Assembly: GCF_024521635.1 (NCBI RefSeq)
Contig: NW_026250425.1
Span: forward strand, 62,001-126,000
Source: Tricharina praecox
Lineage: Eukaryota
Direction: 5' to 3'
DNA length: 64,000 nt
Below the pieces are notes generated by a model. That model did no database searches. It had not been told where the DNA came from and saw only the letters and a list, made by a program, of their open reading frames with translations. This document shows positions 1 to 11,981 of this stretch, one piece after another. The position numbers were made by a program, and so were the translations under genes. The stretch's first letter is position 1. The number at the start of each line of letters is the position of its first letter.

Positions 1-1541
1 GTGCTTTTTGAGGAATATTTCTGTCGGGAGGTCGATATCGATTGGCTTGTCCCACCACTGCCGTCGGGTGTGTCAGTTGCATGATACTTCAAGTATGGTG
101 AGTCCGACCCACGTTCGTACGAAGAAACATACCGTGATGTACATCGTTCCAGCGCACATGGCGCGCAAGACGGTGTGGAGTTCGAGCAAGGCGACGGACT
201 GGTTCGCTGACGCCCGTCCACACACCTGGAGTATCATCCATCCAGCTTGGAAGCACACCAAGACTTTTGCCAGAGTATTGGCCTGGGACTTGTCCTTCAC
301 AAACTCTGGGGCGACAAAGGGGAGCCATCCTCTCCTTGCCATCCAGAGTACGCCGTGAGGGGTGAGCGTCGCCGCGGACTGGTAAGTTTTCGCATCCTGA
401 ATGTACCATGGGCATTTCTTTTTGCTGCCGCCCCTTATACTCGACAGCAATCCGATCTGACATTTGCAGCTCTGGCTGTCGCTGGACTCGCGGTTATTCC
501 GACACCGGAACGCCGTTGGAGTACACGTGGAATCCGTACTCGCCAATTTAGACGACTCCTTCGTCATGGTTCCGTGCAAAGGCTCGTTCTCGGTCCGTGC
601 ATCTTCCTGTTGTCCTTCTTGCGCAGCCGCTGTCCCTTTCGCATGGGGATGTTCTGGATCGTGGTCGTAGATGACCCTGAACCCTCCCATAACAGCGTAG
701 TACGAGAGTGTTAAACAGTCCCAAGGGTGGGGTTCGTATTTCTTTCCGGGCTCGTTGGTCTTCTTCACAGCAGAGGCGGTCCGCTGTACGACGTTGCCCT
801 TCTGTTCACTATTGTTGGCCTCCTGCTGGACGTCGGTCTCGGGCACTATGTCACTGCCACACTTCCCTTTTTCTTCGCCATCGGTCGCCTGTAGTAGGTC
901 GTCCACGGTCGTCTGTACGCCGATATCTTTCCGTTTTTCGTCGCCATCGGTCGTCTGTATGCCGATGTCCGTCCGTATTTCCGCCTTATTTTTGTCCTCG
1001 ATGATCTTCCACATCTCAGTGCGAAGCAGCCTCGCCGTACATCTCTCGTAGGCAGCGATCGTCATCGTGATCTCCGGCACCATAAGACTGGAAATGCTCC
1101 ATCCAATTTTCCTGACCGACCGGATGGTCGAGATATAATCGATCCTTGCGATGATTCCGGGATTCTCGCTGAGTTCGACAACCGGCTCGATATTGACCGC
1201 GACGGTAGTCCCTTTCGGAGTTAGCCGTGCGATCGGTCGCCAGGATCGGTGGATTGTGGGTAGTACTCACAGACGCATAAGAACAATGTCATGATGCAGC
1301 TCATGAGGATCCCCATGGTACCGCGTCGATCGGGGCTCGGTACATATCCTATGATCCCGACATTGCTCGGCTCAGACCCCCAGGCGGCGGCGGTTCGAGT
1401 TGGCTGTACTGTGACTGTAGCAACCGTTACAGTAGTGGCGAAATCTTCTCCCTGTTGTGTCAAAGGCACGCCGTATGCAAGGATGGCATATGATGCGAGG
1501 AGGAGCAGCGGCATGTGAAGATGGTTGCAAGTAGCCATCAT
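1..1541 (-). CDS. Uncharacterised fungal multi-pass membrane protein, paralogue 1 (3' end outside window)
   Basis: Exons 1541-1271, 1211-133 and 57-<1; introns 1212-1270 (GTGAGT...GCTAAC...AAG) and 58-132 (GTATGT...CTGAC...CAG). The spliced product has a signal-peptide-like N-terminus and the motifs RRGTMGILMSC..TLFLCVWTT, PE, YYAVMGGF, DKSQANTLAKVLVCFQAGW, LELHT and WWDKPIDIDLPTEI, which are shared with the two downstream paralogues. Confidence 0.85.
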
Positions 1542-3667
1542 GAAGAGCTGAAAGCTGTTCCCGTGGAGTTTAGTTTGAGTGAGGGCCGCTGAACAATAAT
1601 GGAGCTTGAGATGTGCTCAGTTTTCGATAGATAATGAAGCGTGGCGAAGTGAGTCTGGGAATGTACTACATGATATACGATCCGATGAGGTGGTGGCTGC
1701 AAGACAACTTGGACAGTACTGGTCGTGCTGATGCAGAGGAACTCTCTCCCGAGCTCGTTTCCGGAACTGAGTTCGAAGACACCTGACAGACTGACTGTCG
1801 GCCAGTTGGCAAGTGAACAAAAGCACCGCCATGAACTTCGCTGGCTTCAGCATGTCTTTCATAGGGCACATTAGTATCGTACGTTTGAGAAACCATGTAC
1901 TTCTGGTAAGTTTTCGCTATCACTCGGCCATATATGATGCATAACCAGCTGCTTGAATGAATCGCAGTAGTCTACCGGTAGTTTGGCTGCATGCGAATAG
2001 AGATGAAACGAGTATACCGGGCCATACGCTGTCCGCAAACGAGTGCCCGAACAACGCGATGCATTCAGGTCGTGCGGCATTTCACCGCGCTGCGACTCGC
2101 CACCCGTATAGCCATGCATGTGCCTCTACAGCAAGGCTACTGAGTACCAGTAGTCCTTGCTGGTACATACGTGTAGCTTATAGCCCGCTACCGACAGGAC
2201 GCTTCCAATGCATGCCAATCGGGAGCTCACTGCAGTGCTGTGCTGATGATCGATTGGATATCCGGCGAAATCAAACCTCCGCTCGCACGTGAGGGCCGAT
2301 ATGTGCGGCTAGGAAAGACCGTAGATTCAGCCTACGTGGGTGCAGGTCTATTCCTGAATCCTCTGTACATGTCAATCCTCTGCCGGCGAGATGTCGTGGC
2401 GAACTGAATTCCAATCAGAGTGAAAGTTCGGAGGGAGGGGAGGGGTGGACACCGGCCACTGCACCTCTGCAGTCTGATGATTGAATCCGGGCCATTCCGG
2501 CATTGCTCATGTCGCTATTGGACTTGTTCCATCCAACGGTTTGTCGTGAGTCTAGCGTCGTTCGTGCTATCGACCGATGGAGTTTCACGTGACCTTCAGC
2601 CTTCACGGTGAGTATGATAGCAGGGTGACACGCCTCTCCCATCCTTCAGATGCCGGGCCCTACGTGGCGGTGGTACTTCCATCCAGCAGTGCCCACAGGA
2701 AGAGGAGCTGTCGGGAAGAAACCAAAAGACCAATTACAGAAAGAGCTGTCCGCACGGGGCGGGGGACGGGGGCGGTATGGCTTGACCGAGATTGGTGACT
2801 CGTTCGTTCCTCTCGCCTTTCCCGAAACCGGGGTGGTTGAATGCTTGTCAGTGAACGCCGAGCGGTCCCTCCACAGATAAATGGTGACCGCTAGTACCGC
2901 TCGCTAATTATATGTACATACCTAGCGGTCGATCTCCGCCGATGCACCCTGTAACCGGCTACCATGAAGGAGCCTCTGTTCCGTTCCGTTGGGGGTTTCG
3001 TATGGTGAAGTTTCTTGTTCAGACCCGCCATTCGATTTTCTACATACCGTCTCCCGATAACTGCCTCTCCAGGTCCGAGAAGCCATGGTTTTTGTACCAG
3101 CGCTTTCTCTGGGTGCGGCAACTATACTGCAGTTGGTACCAATGCCGCTGTCACCGTCGGAGAAGGCCAAAAAGCTACACTCCAGTCTCACCTGCGTGAA
3201 CCAGTAAGACACAAAAGCTTACACTCTGTTTAACTATACATCGCTAGATACACTATGAAACAGATACTTTGTCCGAGACGGAGTTGTTGCAGTGGTCTAG
3301 CCCCCATGATCTTGCCTATCACTGGCTAACCATCGTTTTATGTCAACGATTTCGTTTAGGAATGTTATTGATAGGTATGCAGGCGCCTCAGTGCCTCACT
3401 CACTTCCTGTCCTACTAGTGGCTGCTCACTTTGATCCTCCACAGCGAATTAGGGCCAGGGTTCGGACGACGACCGACGTAAGACAACACGCACTGCACTG
3501 ACACGGCTGCACCGATCCCCTAGGGTATAAGGAATGTGGCAAGCCGCATTTAAGTAAATGCGAGTCTGCTTGTAAACTGGCTATTAGCACAAAGTGAGGC
3601 TCATTTGCACTGGCAATTCAGGCTTCTGCTCATAAACCGGCATGTTTTGACAAGTTGCAATTTTTAT

Positions 3668-3775
3668 TTGGGCGAAGCCGAGTCAATAGGTGGCTGGTAG
3701 TAATTGCGGCCAGCTCACGATAATCAAATTGGGCGAAGCCGAGTCAATAGGCGGTTGGTAGTAATTGCGGCCAGT
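3668..3775. repeat. Tandem duplication, 61-bp period (left subterminal repeat of the TIR element)
   Basis: TTGGGCGAAGCCGAGTCAATAGG..GGTAGTAATTGCGGCCAG occurs at about 3668 and 3729. Confidence 0.9.
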
Positions 3776-4682
3776 TTGCAATAGTGAAATTAGGCTCTTA
3801 TACTTAATTTGGCTGTCAACACTCAATGTGTCGAATGGAAAGAAGCCTGAGGCGTAAACTGGCGATTGGCAGTAAATGCAATGCCTCTCCACCGCTCTCT
3901 TCGGGTAACCGTTGGTAAAACGATGCGTTACCGCTCATTAGGCTTCCGGCTCGAGTGATGAATAGGCTTCGATTTATAAATGAAACATTTTCTCAATATT
4001 CGGCCAACCCCGCCATGCGTGCCCCCCCGCCATGCCCCCCGTCATACCCACTACTAACCACATTCGCTTCATCCCGCCGACAGCTCCTCCATCACTTCCT
4101 CCTCTCGCCACAGCTCGTCTTCTCTTCCTCTACTCTCCTCATCTCGCCAATAGCTCCTCCTTCCCTTCCTCCCCACGCCCACAACTCCTCCATCATATCC
4201 TCCTCTCACTGACAGCTCCTCCATCACTGAGTCTTCCTCTCGCTCCCCCTCTCGCTCCCTCCTGTCGTCGATAGCTACCCCCCCCCCCCCCCCCCCACCG
4301 TTGTTCACTCTCTTACAGTCTCTAGTCTTACTACAGCAGGTACGTATTGATAATCGTGCTCCTAAACCTACCTCGCTACGGACACCTCACTGTCATTGCC
4401 GATACTAACAGACTGTCTATTGAGCAGGTCGGTCTTGTTGAATGTGTGCTAAGGTGTCTGGGTGAAGGGCGGAGAGTGGAGAGAGCGGAGAGAACGAGAA
4501 GAGAGGGGGAGAAGCGGGGTTCAGTGCGTGGAGGGGAGCCTGGAGGATACATATGGGGCGAGGAGCAGTAGCTAGAACCATAGCAATCTCAAGCAGCAGA
4601 TTGGGCTCGTATAATTGTTTAGGTCAGCCATATGAGCTCCTAAAAGCCAAGTATTATCAACGCCGGTTGATCAACTGTGCCC

Positions 4683-4825
4683 TATTATGGCCGGAGTAGA
4701 GGCGGAATATGGCCGGAATAGAGGCGGATTATGGCTGGAGTAGAGCCCTATTATGGCCGAAGTAGGGCCGGAGTAGAGCCGGAATATGGCCGGATTAGAG
4801 CCTATTCTGGCCGGATTAGAGCCCA
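4683..4825. repeat. About 22-bp degenerate tandem array (right subterminal repeat of the TIR element)
   Basis: Repeated TATGGCCGGA(G/A/T)TAGAG(G/C)C units. Confidence 0.85.
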
Positions 4826-5656
4826 ATGATTAACGCGTGCCCATTCAGTTTAAATGCGACATTGCCGCATTACTTGTACCCTAGGGTCCCATTGGTCGGC
4901 TTTGGACGTCCAGAGCCCCAGGATGACCAGGGAGTATGGGTGATAGACGGATTCGGACGGAATGACATGGCACGAGTGAATGAATGGTGTCTAATGATTA
5001 CGGGTATCGACTACCTACCTGGATGTTGGGGTTTACGGGTAGAAGTGTTATTTTTATCTTTTATCTTACCGAGTGTACTGGCACTCAGCACCTACCTACA
5101 CGAATACCTACATCACTTCTGCTTCAATCAAATGCGGCACTTCCGAGGGTGTAGAAATCTACTTAGCAATATCCGATCTCGTTTCGATGCCGCTGCGACG
5201 CCGTATTTGGGTTTCGATGCGGTCGGCTTTGGCTGCTCTCCGAACCCTGCGTTTTTTCAGTTGTAGTTGGTCCCGATGGAATCTAGATGCCGTACAAAGC
5301 GTGCGGCAGCCTGATTACTCAGAGTACCGAGCGAAGTCCACAGGCAATCACATCCCAGCGTTGATCAAACGCCGTTTACTCCGGCTCTGATGACTAACTG
5401 CTTCCTACCAACTACCTAGTACATGGTAGAGGGTCTGAGACCACCGACGGTTATGTACATCGAGTACAAGATCACGTTTTAAAATTGTCACCACAAGGAA
5501 GCGGATTCTATCTTTTCCTAGTGTTCTTCCGTTGATGCGCTCTACCTACTTGTGTACGCTACGCAGACGGCGTTGTGGCGGAGCAATTCGGTCGCGGGAC
5601 ACCCACCAGGCTACCAATTTATGAGAATCGAATTCATATTTCCAGCACGGAAAAAA

Positions 5657-5738
5657 CCCCGCGTAGTCCAGTGGTCGAGACACGCAATCGGCGAGGGGAG
5701 TTGAGGAAAAGCTCCCGATTCGAGCCCGGGTGCAGACC
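5657..5738 (+). pseudogene. Degenerate tRNA-like sequence (tRNA pseudogene or SINE head)
   Basis: A-box-like TAGTCCAGTGG, D-stem GTC/GAC, T-arm-like CCCGA-TTCGAGC-CCGGG and oligo-T runs at about 5786-5797. The acceptor and anticodon stems pair poorly, so no isotype can be assigned. Confidence 0.4.
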
Positions 5739-7155
5739 TGCGTACAGCTCTTGGGGTTTCCAAGCCACCCGATGGGGTGGGGATGGTTTTTGTTTTTGAC
5801 GTGCCGGGTAAGGCACGCGATATCACTCGGATGTATCACGTGACACGCCTTCCGCTGCTGGCGTTTTTTGGTGCAATTATCACTGCTTTCGACCTTGGTA
5901 AATCGTAGCAAGTTATATATCCGGTTCCACCTGGCCGTCACCGACCGCTGGTTATAAGCTCGATATCGGTTCCCTATTGCTCTCCGCCCAGGCCTCAGCC
6001 CTCCCTGCGCGTCGAGGGAAGGGAGGAAGCAAAACGTACGACGAGAAACCCAAATCTCGCTAGCAACACAGGAGGTAATGCAATATTGCAGATGGATCAA
6101 GACTAGAAGATGGGGCGGTGGGCTGTGCGGTCGTCCGGTATATTTAACCCGGGATGGGTAGGCATCAGGCGCCACATCGGACGGACGGCGATTGCAAGGC
6201 CCTCACGTGGACTGAGCTGGCCCAGCGACCTCACTCCCTCGCATGGTAGAAAGGTTGTCATCTTCATCAATTCACGAAAAAAAATAGCTATGACAAGGAA
6301 GCCTGCCAGCTACGAGCTTGAGATAACTATCTGGTACATTACATGACCTTCGCGGCGTCACGACAGTTATGTTGACCGGTGGGTCCGATTGATTGTGTGC
6401 GTCGGAAGAAGAGGGAGGAGACAGTGAGGAAAGGGGCAGAGAGGGGAGAGAGGCCTCTCGGGAAGAAACGCCTCTCGGGAAGAGACTCACGCGGCGCTTG
6501 GAGCTAAATCGCCGTTGAGAGTCGTTATTGAGGCTTGTGACTTGCCGCTGCCGTGGAGGCATATCAAGTCACTCGCGTCCCGAGTGATGACGCGTGAAGG
6601 ACTGCGCGGGAACCACGAAGCCAGTATACTACATAGTCCGGATCAGTCCGTGCAGCACACATCTTCAGACGGACTGGACTTATGTACCTATTCCAGTTCC
6701 GTCCGGCTGAGGAACCAGGCAGATGTCACGTGTGAGCACATCAATATTCTAGTTAAATGCAGAACAAACGTTCGTACAAAGTCGCGGTCGTGGTCGCTGT
6801 ATGTAGAGTCCTTCACTGAGACATCTTGAGATAGGGCGCGTGGCGGCCGAGATCGCAGCACAGCGATCAGTCGTGAGTGACACTTATATGCACCGATCAC
6901 ATGATTTCCCTAGCCCCTCAAGCAAACCACGCACGTTCCATCCCACTGCGCTTACACGCGAGGAAGCGACAAGCCCAACTCGGCAAAATTCAACCTGCGA
7001 GGTGGAGAAGGATCGGATTACAGCAGCTTCTGGTTACATTGCGATTTGAAAACTCCTGGACAGGAAAGAAAACCTCCAACGGAAACGGACTCCACCAAAC
7101 AAAACCCCGATCATCTGCCGATCTGCAAGCCAGCCCAGCCCCTCGCTCAACCCTC

Positions 7156-9379
7156 CTACTTCGCCACATGCGGCACCGTCTGGACCCAATTAATCGTATC
7201 ATAAACTCCATCAGGCTGTTTCCTCAGCGCAATGAACGACTCAACGAGGAGAAAGCACCGTGTGAACATGACAACGATGAACCCAAAAAACACCGTGACC
7301 GCAACGACAAGCCTATACGCCCTCCAGGACCACGTATCACGTTTCCGCGGATCGTTTCTTGCCGCCTCCGACTTCGCCGCGGGGGTTGTCGCGCTGTCGT
7401 GCTCGTGCTCGTGCGGCGTCGTCGCCTCGATTATTTCGGCGTTCTTCTCGACGGGCTCGCGCGCGGACTGTTGCGTACCGTTACCCGCGACCTTTTCGCG
7501 GCCGGTGGAAGGCTGAGGCTGCCGCTGCGTCTTCGACTCCGAAGTGAACGGCTTAATCGACGTCTCTGGATCGATAAACCTGATGAGCGCGCCAATGCAC
7601 AGCTCGAGGACGAATCCCAGCACCGCGACCGCCGTGACGATGGAGCAAGCGCGCCACGCGTGGCGCTCAAACGCGGAGACGAAGTAGTTATTCCAGGTTG
7701 CGAGATGGACGCCGCCATAGATCAATCCGACGGTGCAGAGCAGGGCGCCCTCCCACACAAGGTTCGCGCGGCCCCGGATGATCCGATCGAAGGCCCGGCC
7801 GAGCGCCGTGAAGCTGAGGAATACGTTGCGCCCGTTTGACAGCTGCTGGTACATTAGCTTCCCGAGACCGGCGCGCGTCGTCACGTATTTGCTGTCGCGC
7901 TCGCCCGGATGCAGGTCCGTGCCGATCTTGCCCCGCGAGAAGGGATTGGTCGGGTTTGGGTCGCCGAGGTCGTCGGTGACTTGGCTCGCCCGCCGTAGCT
8001 CGTCGAATTGTTCGTAGGTGAGGAAGATTTCGGTCGGGAGGTCGATGTCGACCGGCTTCTTGAACCACTGTGGAACGTGTTAGCTACGTGCCTCCGAGTA
8101 CATACTACCGCGAATATCTGCCGTTCGAACGGTGAAACATACAGTGGTGTACATCGTTCCAGCACACACAACGTGCAGGACCGTGTGGAGTTCGAGCAAG
8201 GTGACGGGCTGATTTGCGGCCACTCGTCCGATCGCCTGCATTATCATCCAGAAAGCCTGGAAGCACACCAATATCTTTGCCAGAGCATCGACCTTCGACT
8301 TGTCGTCGACAAAGTCTGGGGAGACGAGGGGCAGCCAGCCCCTCTCTGCCATCCAGAGTACACCGTGAGGCGTGAGTGTGCCGGCGGACTCCCCGGTGTA
8401 CAGATCTTTGACGAACCAGGGACACTTCTTCTTGGTGCCGTACTTTATGTTGGACAAGAACCCGGCCTGGCGACTACAGCTCTTCGCATAGGTACCGTTG
8501 GCCGTACACGTGTGTTTCTGTTTCCTGTTCGTACCGCTCGAAGCATTATTCCCCGCCTGCGAACCCTCCGGCTCAGTAGCGAATCTCGGTTCTTCCTGCT
8601 GGCCCTCCTGTGCGGGCGCCGCGCCTTCAGCATGGGCATCCTCCCGATCATGCTGGTAGACAACCCTGAACCCGCCCATGACGGCGTAGAACGGGAGTTT
8701 CAGATCCATCCAATCCTCGGGCTTCTGCTTGACATCGATCTGCTGTCGGACTTCGGACTTGGGCCCCCGGTCGTCGCTCTCCTTTCGATCGCCGGCAGCG
8801 GCGTCTCGCGCTTGCATAGTCTTTTGCATCGCGCGACGCAGCAGCCGCGCCGTACACATCTCGTATGCGGCGATCGTCATTGTTGCTTCGGGCACCATGA
8901 GACTGGTAAGGCTCCAGCCCACCTTCCGGACCGAGCGGTCGGCCAGGAGACGGTCGATCGCTGCGATCCAGCCGGCCTTGCCGGGTTTGATGACTGGCTC
9001 GATGTTGATTGCGACAGTGGTCCCTTATTATAGAGTAGTGTCAACAATTCGTTTTGACCCCGGGGCGGAAGGGGATTATGACGGGGTGGAAGCAGTGCCA
9101 TTACTCACAGATGCATAGGAATAGCGTTACAACGCAACTCAAGATGATGTCCATGGTGCCGCGTCTGTCCGGTTCTGGCAGATAGCTCAAGAGCCCTTTT
9201 GCGGTTGGTTCAGCAGCGCCGGCGGTGAGCGATGCCTGAGTCGGCTGTATCGTGACGGTTGCTACCGTCACAGTAGCGACGAAATCATCGCCCTGCTGGG
9301 CAAACGGCATGCAGTACGCGGTTATTGCGCATAACGACAGGAGCGGTAGCAGGATACGAAGAGGATGGAAGGTAGGCAT
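7156..9379 (-). CDS. Uncharacterised fungal multi-pass membrane protein, paralogue 2 (complete, apparently intact)
   Basis: Exons 9379-9109, 9023-8143 and 8067-7156; introns 9024-9108 and 8068-8142 fall at the same positions as in paralogue 1. Motifs RRGTMDIILSCVVTLFLCIW, FYAVMGGF, DKSKVDALAKILVCFQAFW, WFKKPVD, YGGVHLATW and RCFLLVESFIALR..P..VY....W...VPH. Confidence 0.9.
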
Positions 9380-11981
9380 TGTAAACGATTGTGCGGGCGA
9401 TTTTGGTGGACAAAAGTTCTGATGATGGCCGCAGATCAGTGAGCCCACGAAATACCGACGGTACACGGTGCTTGACGGACGAAGTAGGGTGGCCACTGCA
9501 GCTTGAGGCGGCTTGGGCATACTGATGATATAAGTCCTAATGACTTTGTCGTATCGAGGTTGTGGCATACGAGGAATGCAGGATGCGGGTCCTCCAGATT
9601 CAATGAGCATCGAACCTGTCCCACCGCCTGCGCTGGCTGCTACTGCAGCTGCCAGCTGGTCCCAAAACCGCAGCCGTAGAGAGTCGCCGCGTTTGCTGGC
9701 TGTTGCAGGTCTATGTGTCAGCCCGTCTGAAACTGTGAATCCTTCCATCCAATGACTACCAACAACCGGTCGCCCGGGACCTCTAGCTGGGTGTCGTTTC
9801 TCGCTTATGGCCAGTCGAAGATTTGCGGCCAATCGGCCCACGCACCGTAACTCGACCGTCCCCCGACCGCCGCAACCCACCGCGCCGTACAAAAGCCCAT
9901 CGTCCCTACATACCTCCCCACGCATGCAGAAAAAGGAATCCTGCGGACAGCTCACTCTCAGCTGTCCGTACGAATGGCCGATAGTGGCATGCCTGTCGCT
10001 TGCATGCATGCCTCACGGCGTGAACATCGATTATCAGTAGTCCTGGTGTCCAACCAGCTGCATTACAGACACATACACACTGGCCGCGAATCTACCGGCC
10101 CCGTCCCTTCGCATAATAATTGCCAGGTTAGAGGTGGGTAGTGCTAGTTTCCCACTCTGTAGTGGATACTGACATTGTCGAATAAGGAGATTCCAATTCA
10201 CGGGGTTTGCGCTCAGCAAAGAACATGTAGGACCCGAGAAACCCAGAGTCCAGTCTGCGACTTTATTTGTCCTTCATCCGACAGGTATTTGTCGTGGCTC
10301 ACTTCATACCAATCAGAGTAGCCTGATAAAATGTCCTGATGGGACTAGAGTATCTCTAGAAGCACTTCTATGGTTCTACCTATTGGAGATATTCCACAAT
10401 GGCCGCCCACGCGTTAATCGCGATAAAACCGACCCGATTCGCTCGATCTCCAAGGCGATGGCTCGTAATTTCTCATCGGCGACGGGTCGTCGTCGTGCGC
10501 CATACGCCACAGCTTCCCCGGCTGTCTTCCGCTCCCCCGTCCGCAGGACAAAGGCGGGGCGAGGGGTTTGCCTAGAAGCACAAGCCGCCGTGGCCCGTAG
10601 GTCTTCGAAGTACCTATGTCACATGTGGGGGGCCGAGAAGCGGCGAATGCACGTTCCATTCAATGAGGCCAGTGAGTGGAAGTCTCCAACTCGGATGCGT
10701 ACCGGTATTCGTAGACATCACCACGCGCACTGCGGTCTGCTGCGGCCCCATCGCGCATCCTACCCCCCACCACTCGACGGCTGTCTCCTACGGTAGTAGT
10801 CACCGGTAGTAGTAGAGTACCGGTAGATCAAACGTGGCCCGCAAAGATAGTATGCACGTACGAGAAGCCGGCTTCTCAGATGCCGCCTGCCGCATCGTGG
10901 TGACCGCCAGGCCGCGGCAATTCCAAAACCAGTAACCAGTTCTCGTGTGTAGGAAGTTAAGAGCTGAGTCGCGTGCTAGAGCGTGTCGAGCGGGGTGAAT
11001 GGACGGCATTCGACGATACCGCTCGCTCGCTCGTTCTATACCGGCCCCACACTCCTTGGTGCGTCTCTGCAGACAGCCAGCCAAACTGTGGGTCCTCCAC
11101 GGGAGTAGGTAGCTGCTCCGCACGTATAACTAGAGCCTAACCCACGGTGTCAGCGCGGATTTCCGATAGGCGAATGGAAAGGGAAAGTTTCCTCCCGTAG
11201 TTAGGTGCTTGATGATCTGTCAGCGGGCGAGATTGAGGCTCTAACTATGTACGCAGGTTCGTGGAGGGGTCATGTAGTTGCGGATCAGATGGATGACGTC
11301 ACGTCAAACTAGCGGCTTGGGTGACGCCTCTTCGCAAACTAACGGTCGCTTGACGTATGCAGCCCGGCAACGGAGGGAATGGTGAAATGAAGAATGCCGT
11401 AGAAGAGGAAGAGGAAGGTGGCATTGAGAGTATGGGGAAGTCAGGGATGTGTTTTCTGATGACTGCAAGGTAGTGCGGTAGCGGACTGCTGAGCTGCCGG
11501 CTTCAAGAACCGAGCATTGTCTCTCTCATATTCGCGAGATTTGACAATAGTTTCCTTCTGTTTTTAAGATTTGCTCGGGCTCGGCCCATTGACGAGGGTT
11601 GGGATGGAGCAGTTTGACCCGTTGACGATGGAATGGCCGTCAGTTCGTCTGGTGGGTGCTCACGATCGGAGAGAAAGGTGTTGCTACCACTAACGTAGCT
11701 CGGCAAAGGGAACGGCGAAAATGAAGAATGATGGAGAAGTTGAGGTTCTATTCAGCTTCGAAGAGCCATCTAATTCCACTGCCTACAACGTTCGGTACCA
11801 CCTGATCCGGCTAGTCCAGCTATCACCACCATACGGATCCGCCAATCCGACTAGGTTGCCTCTCCTCCTCCTATCTTATCAGACCCTCCATCTATCCTCC
11901 ATGTGCTGCAGCCCGACATTGAATCCACCTCCCCCGACCGTGCCAAACCCCGCAAAATAAACCTCATCCACCCGCGGCCTC

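Larger units (their letters stand above)
3521..4883. mobile_element. Non-autonomous/degenerate TIR DNA transposon, hAT-like
   Basis: The left end TAGGGTATAAGGAATGTGGCAAGCCGCATTTAAG matches the reverse complement of the right end (TAGGGTACAAGTAATGCGGCAATGTCGCATTTAAA). The 8-bp flanks CGATCCCC and GGGTCCCA match at 5/8. There are subterminal repeats at both ends and no transposase ORF. Confidence 0.7.

Noticed and set aside
6877..9033. 320-aa and 341-aa plus-strand ORFs
   Set aside because: Antisense shadows of GC-rich paralogue 2.
9380..10009. Long N-terminal extension of paralogue 2 in the ORF track
   Set aside because: Homology with the other paralogues and the signal peptide begin at ATG 9379; the upstream frame is probably open by chance.
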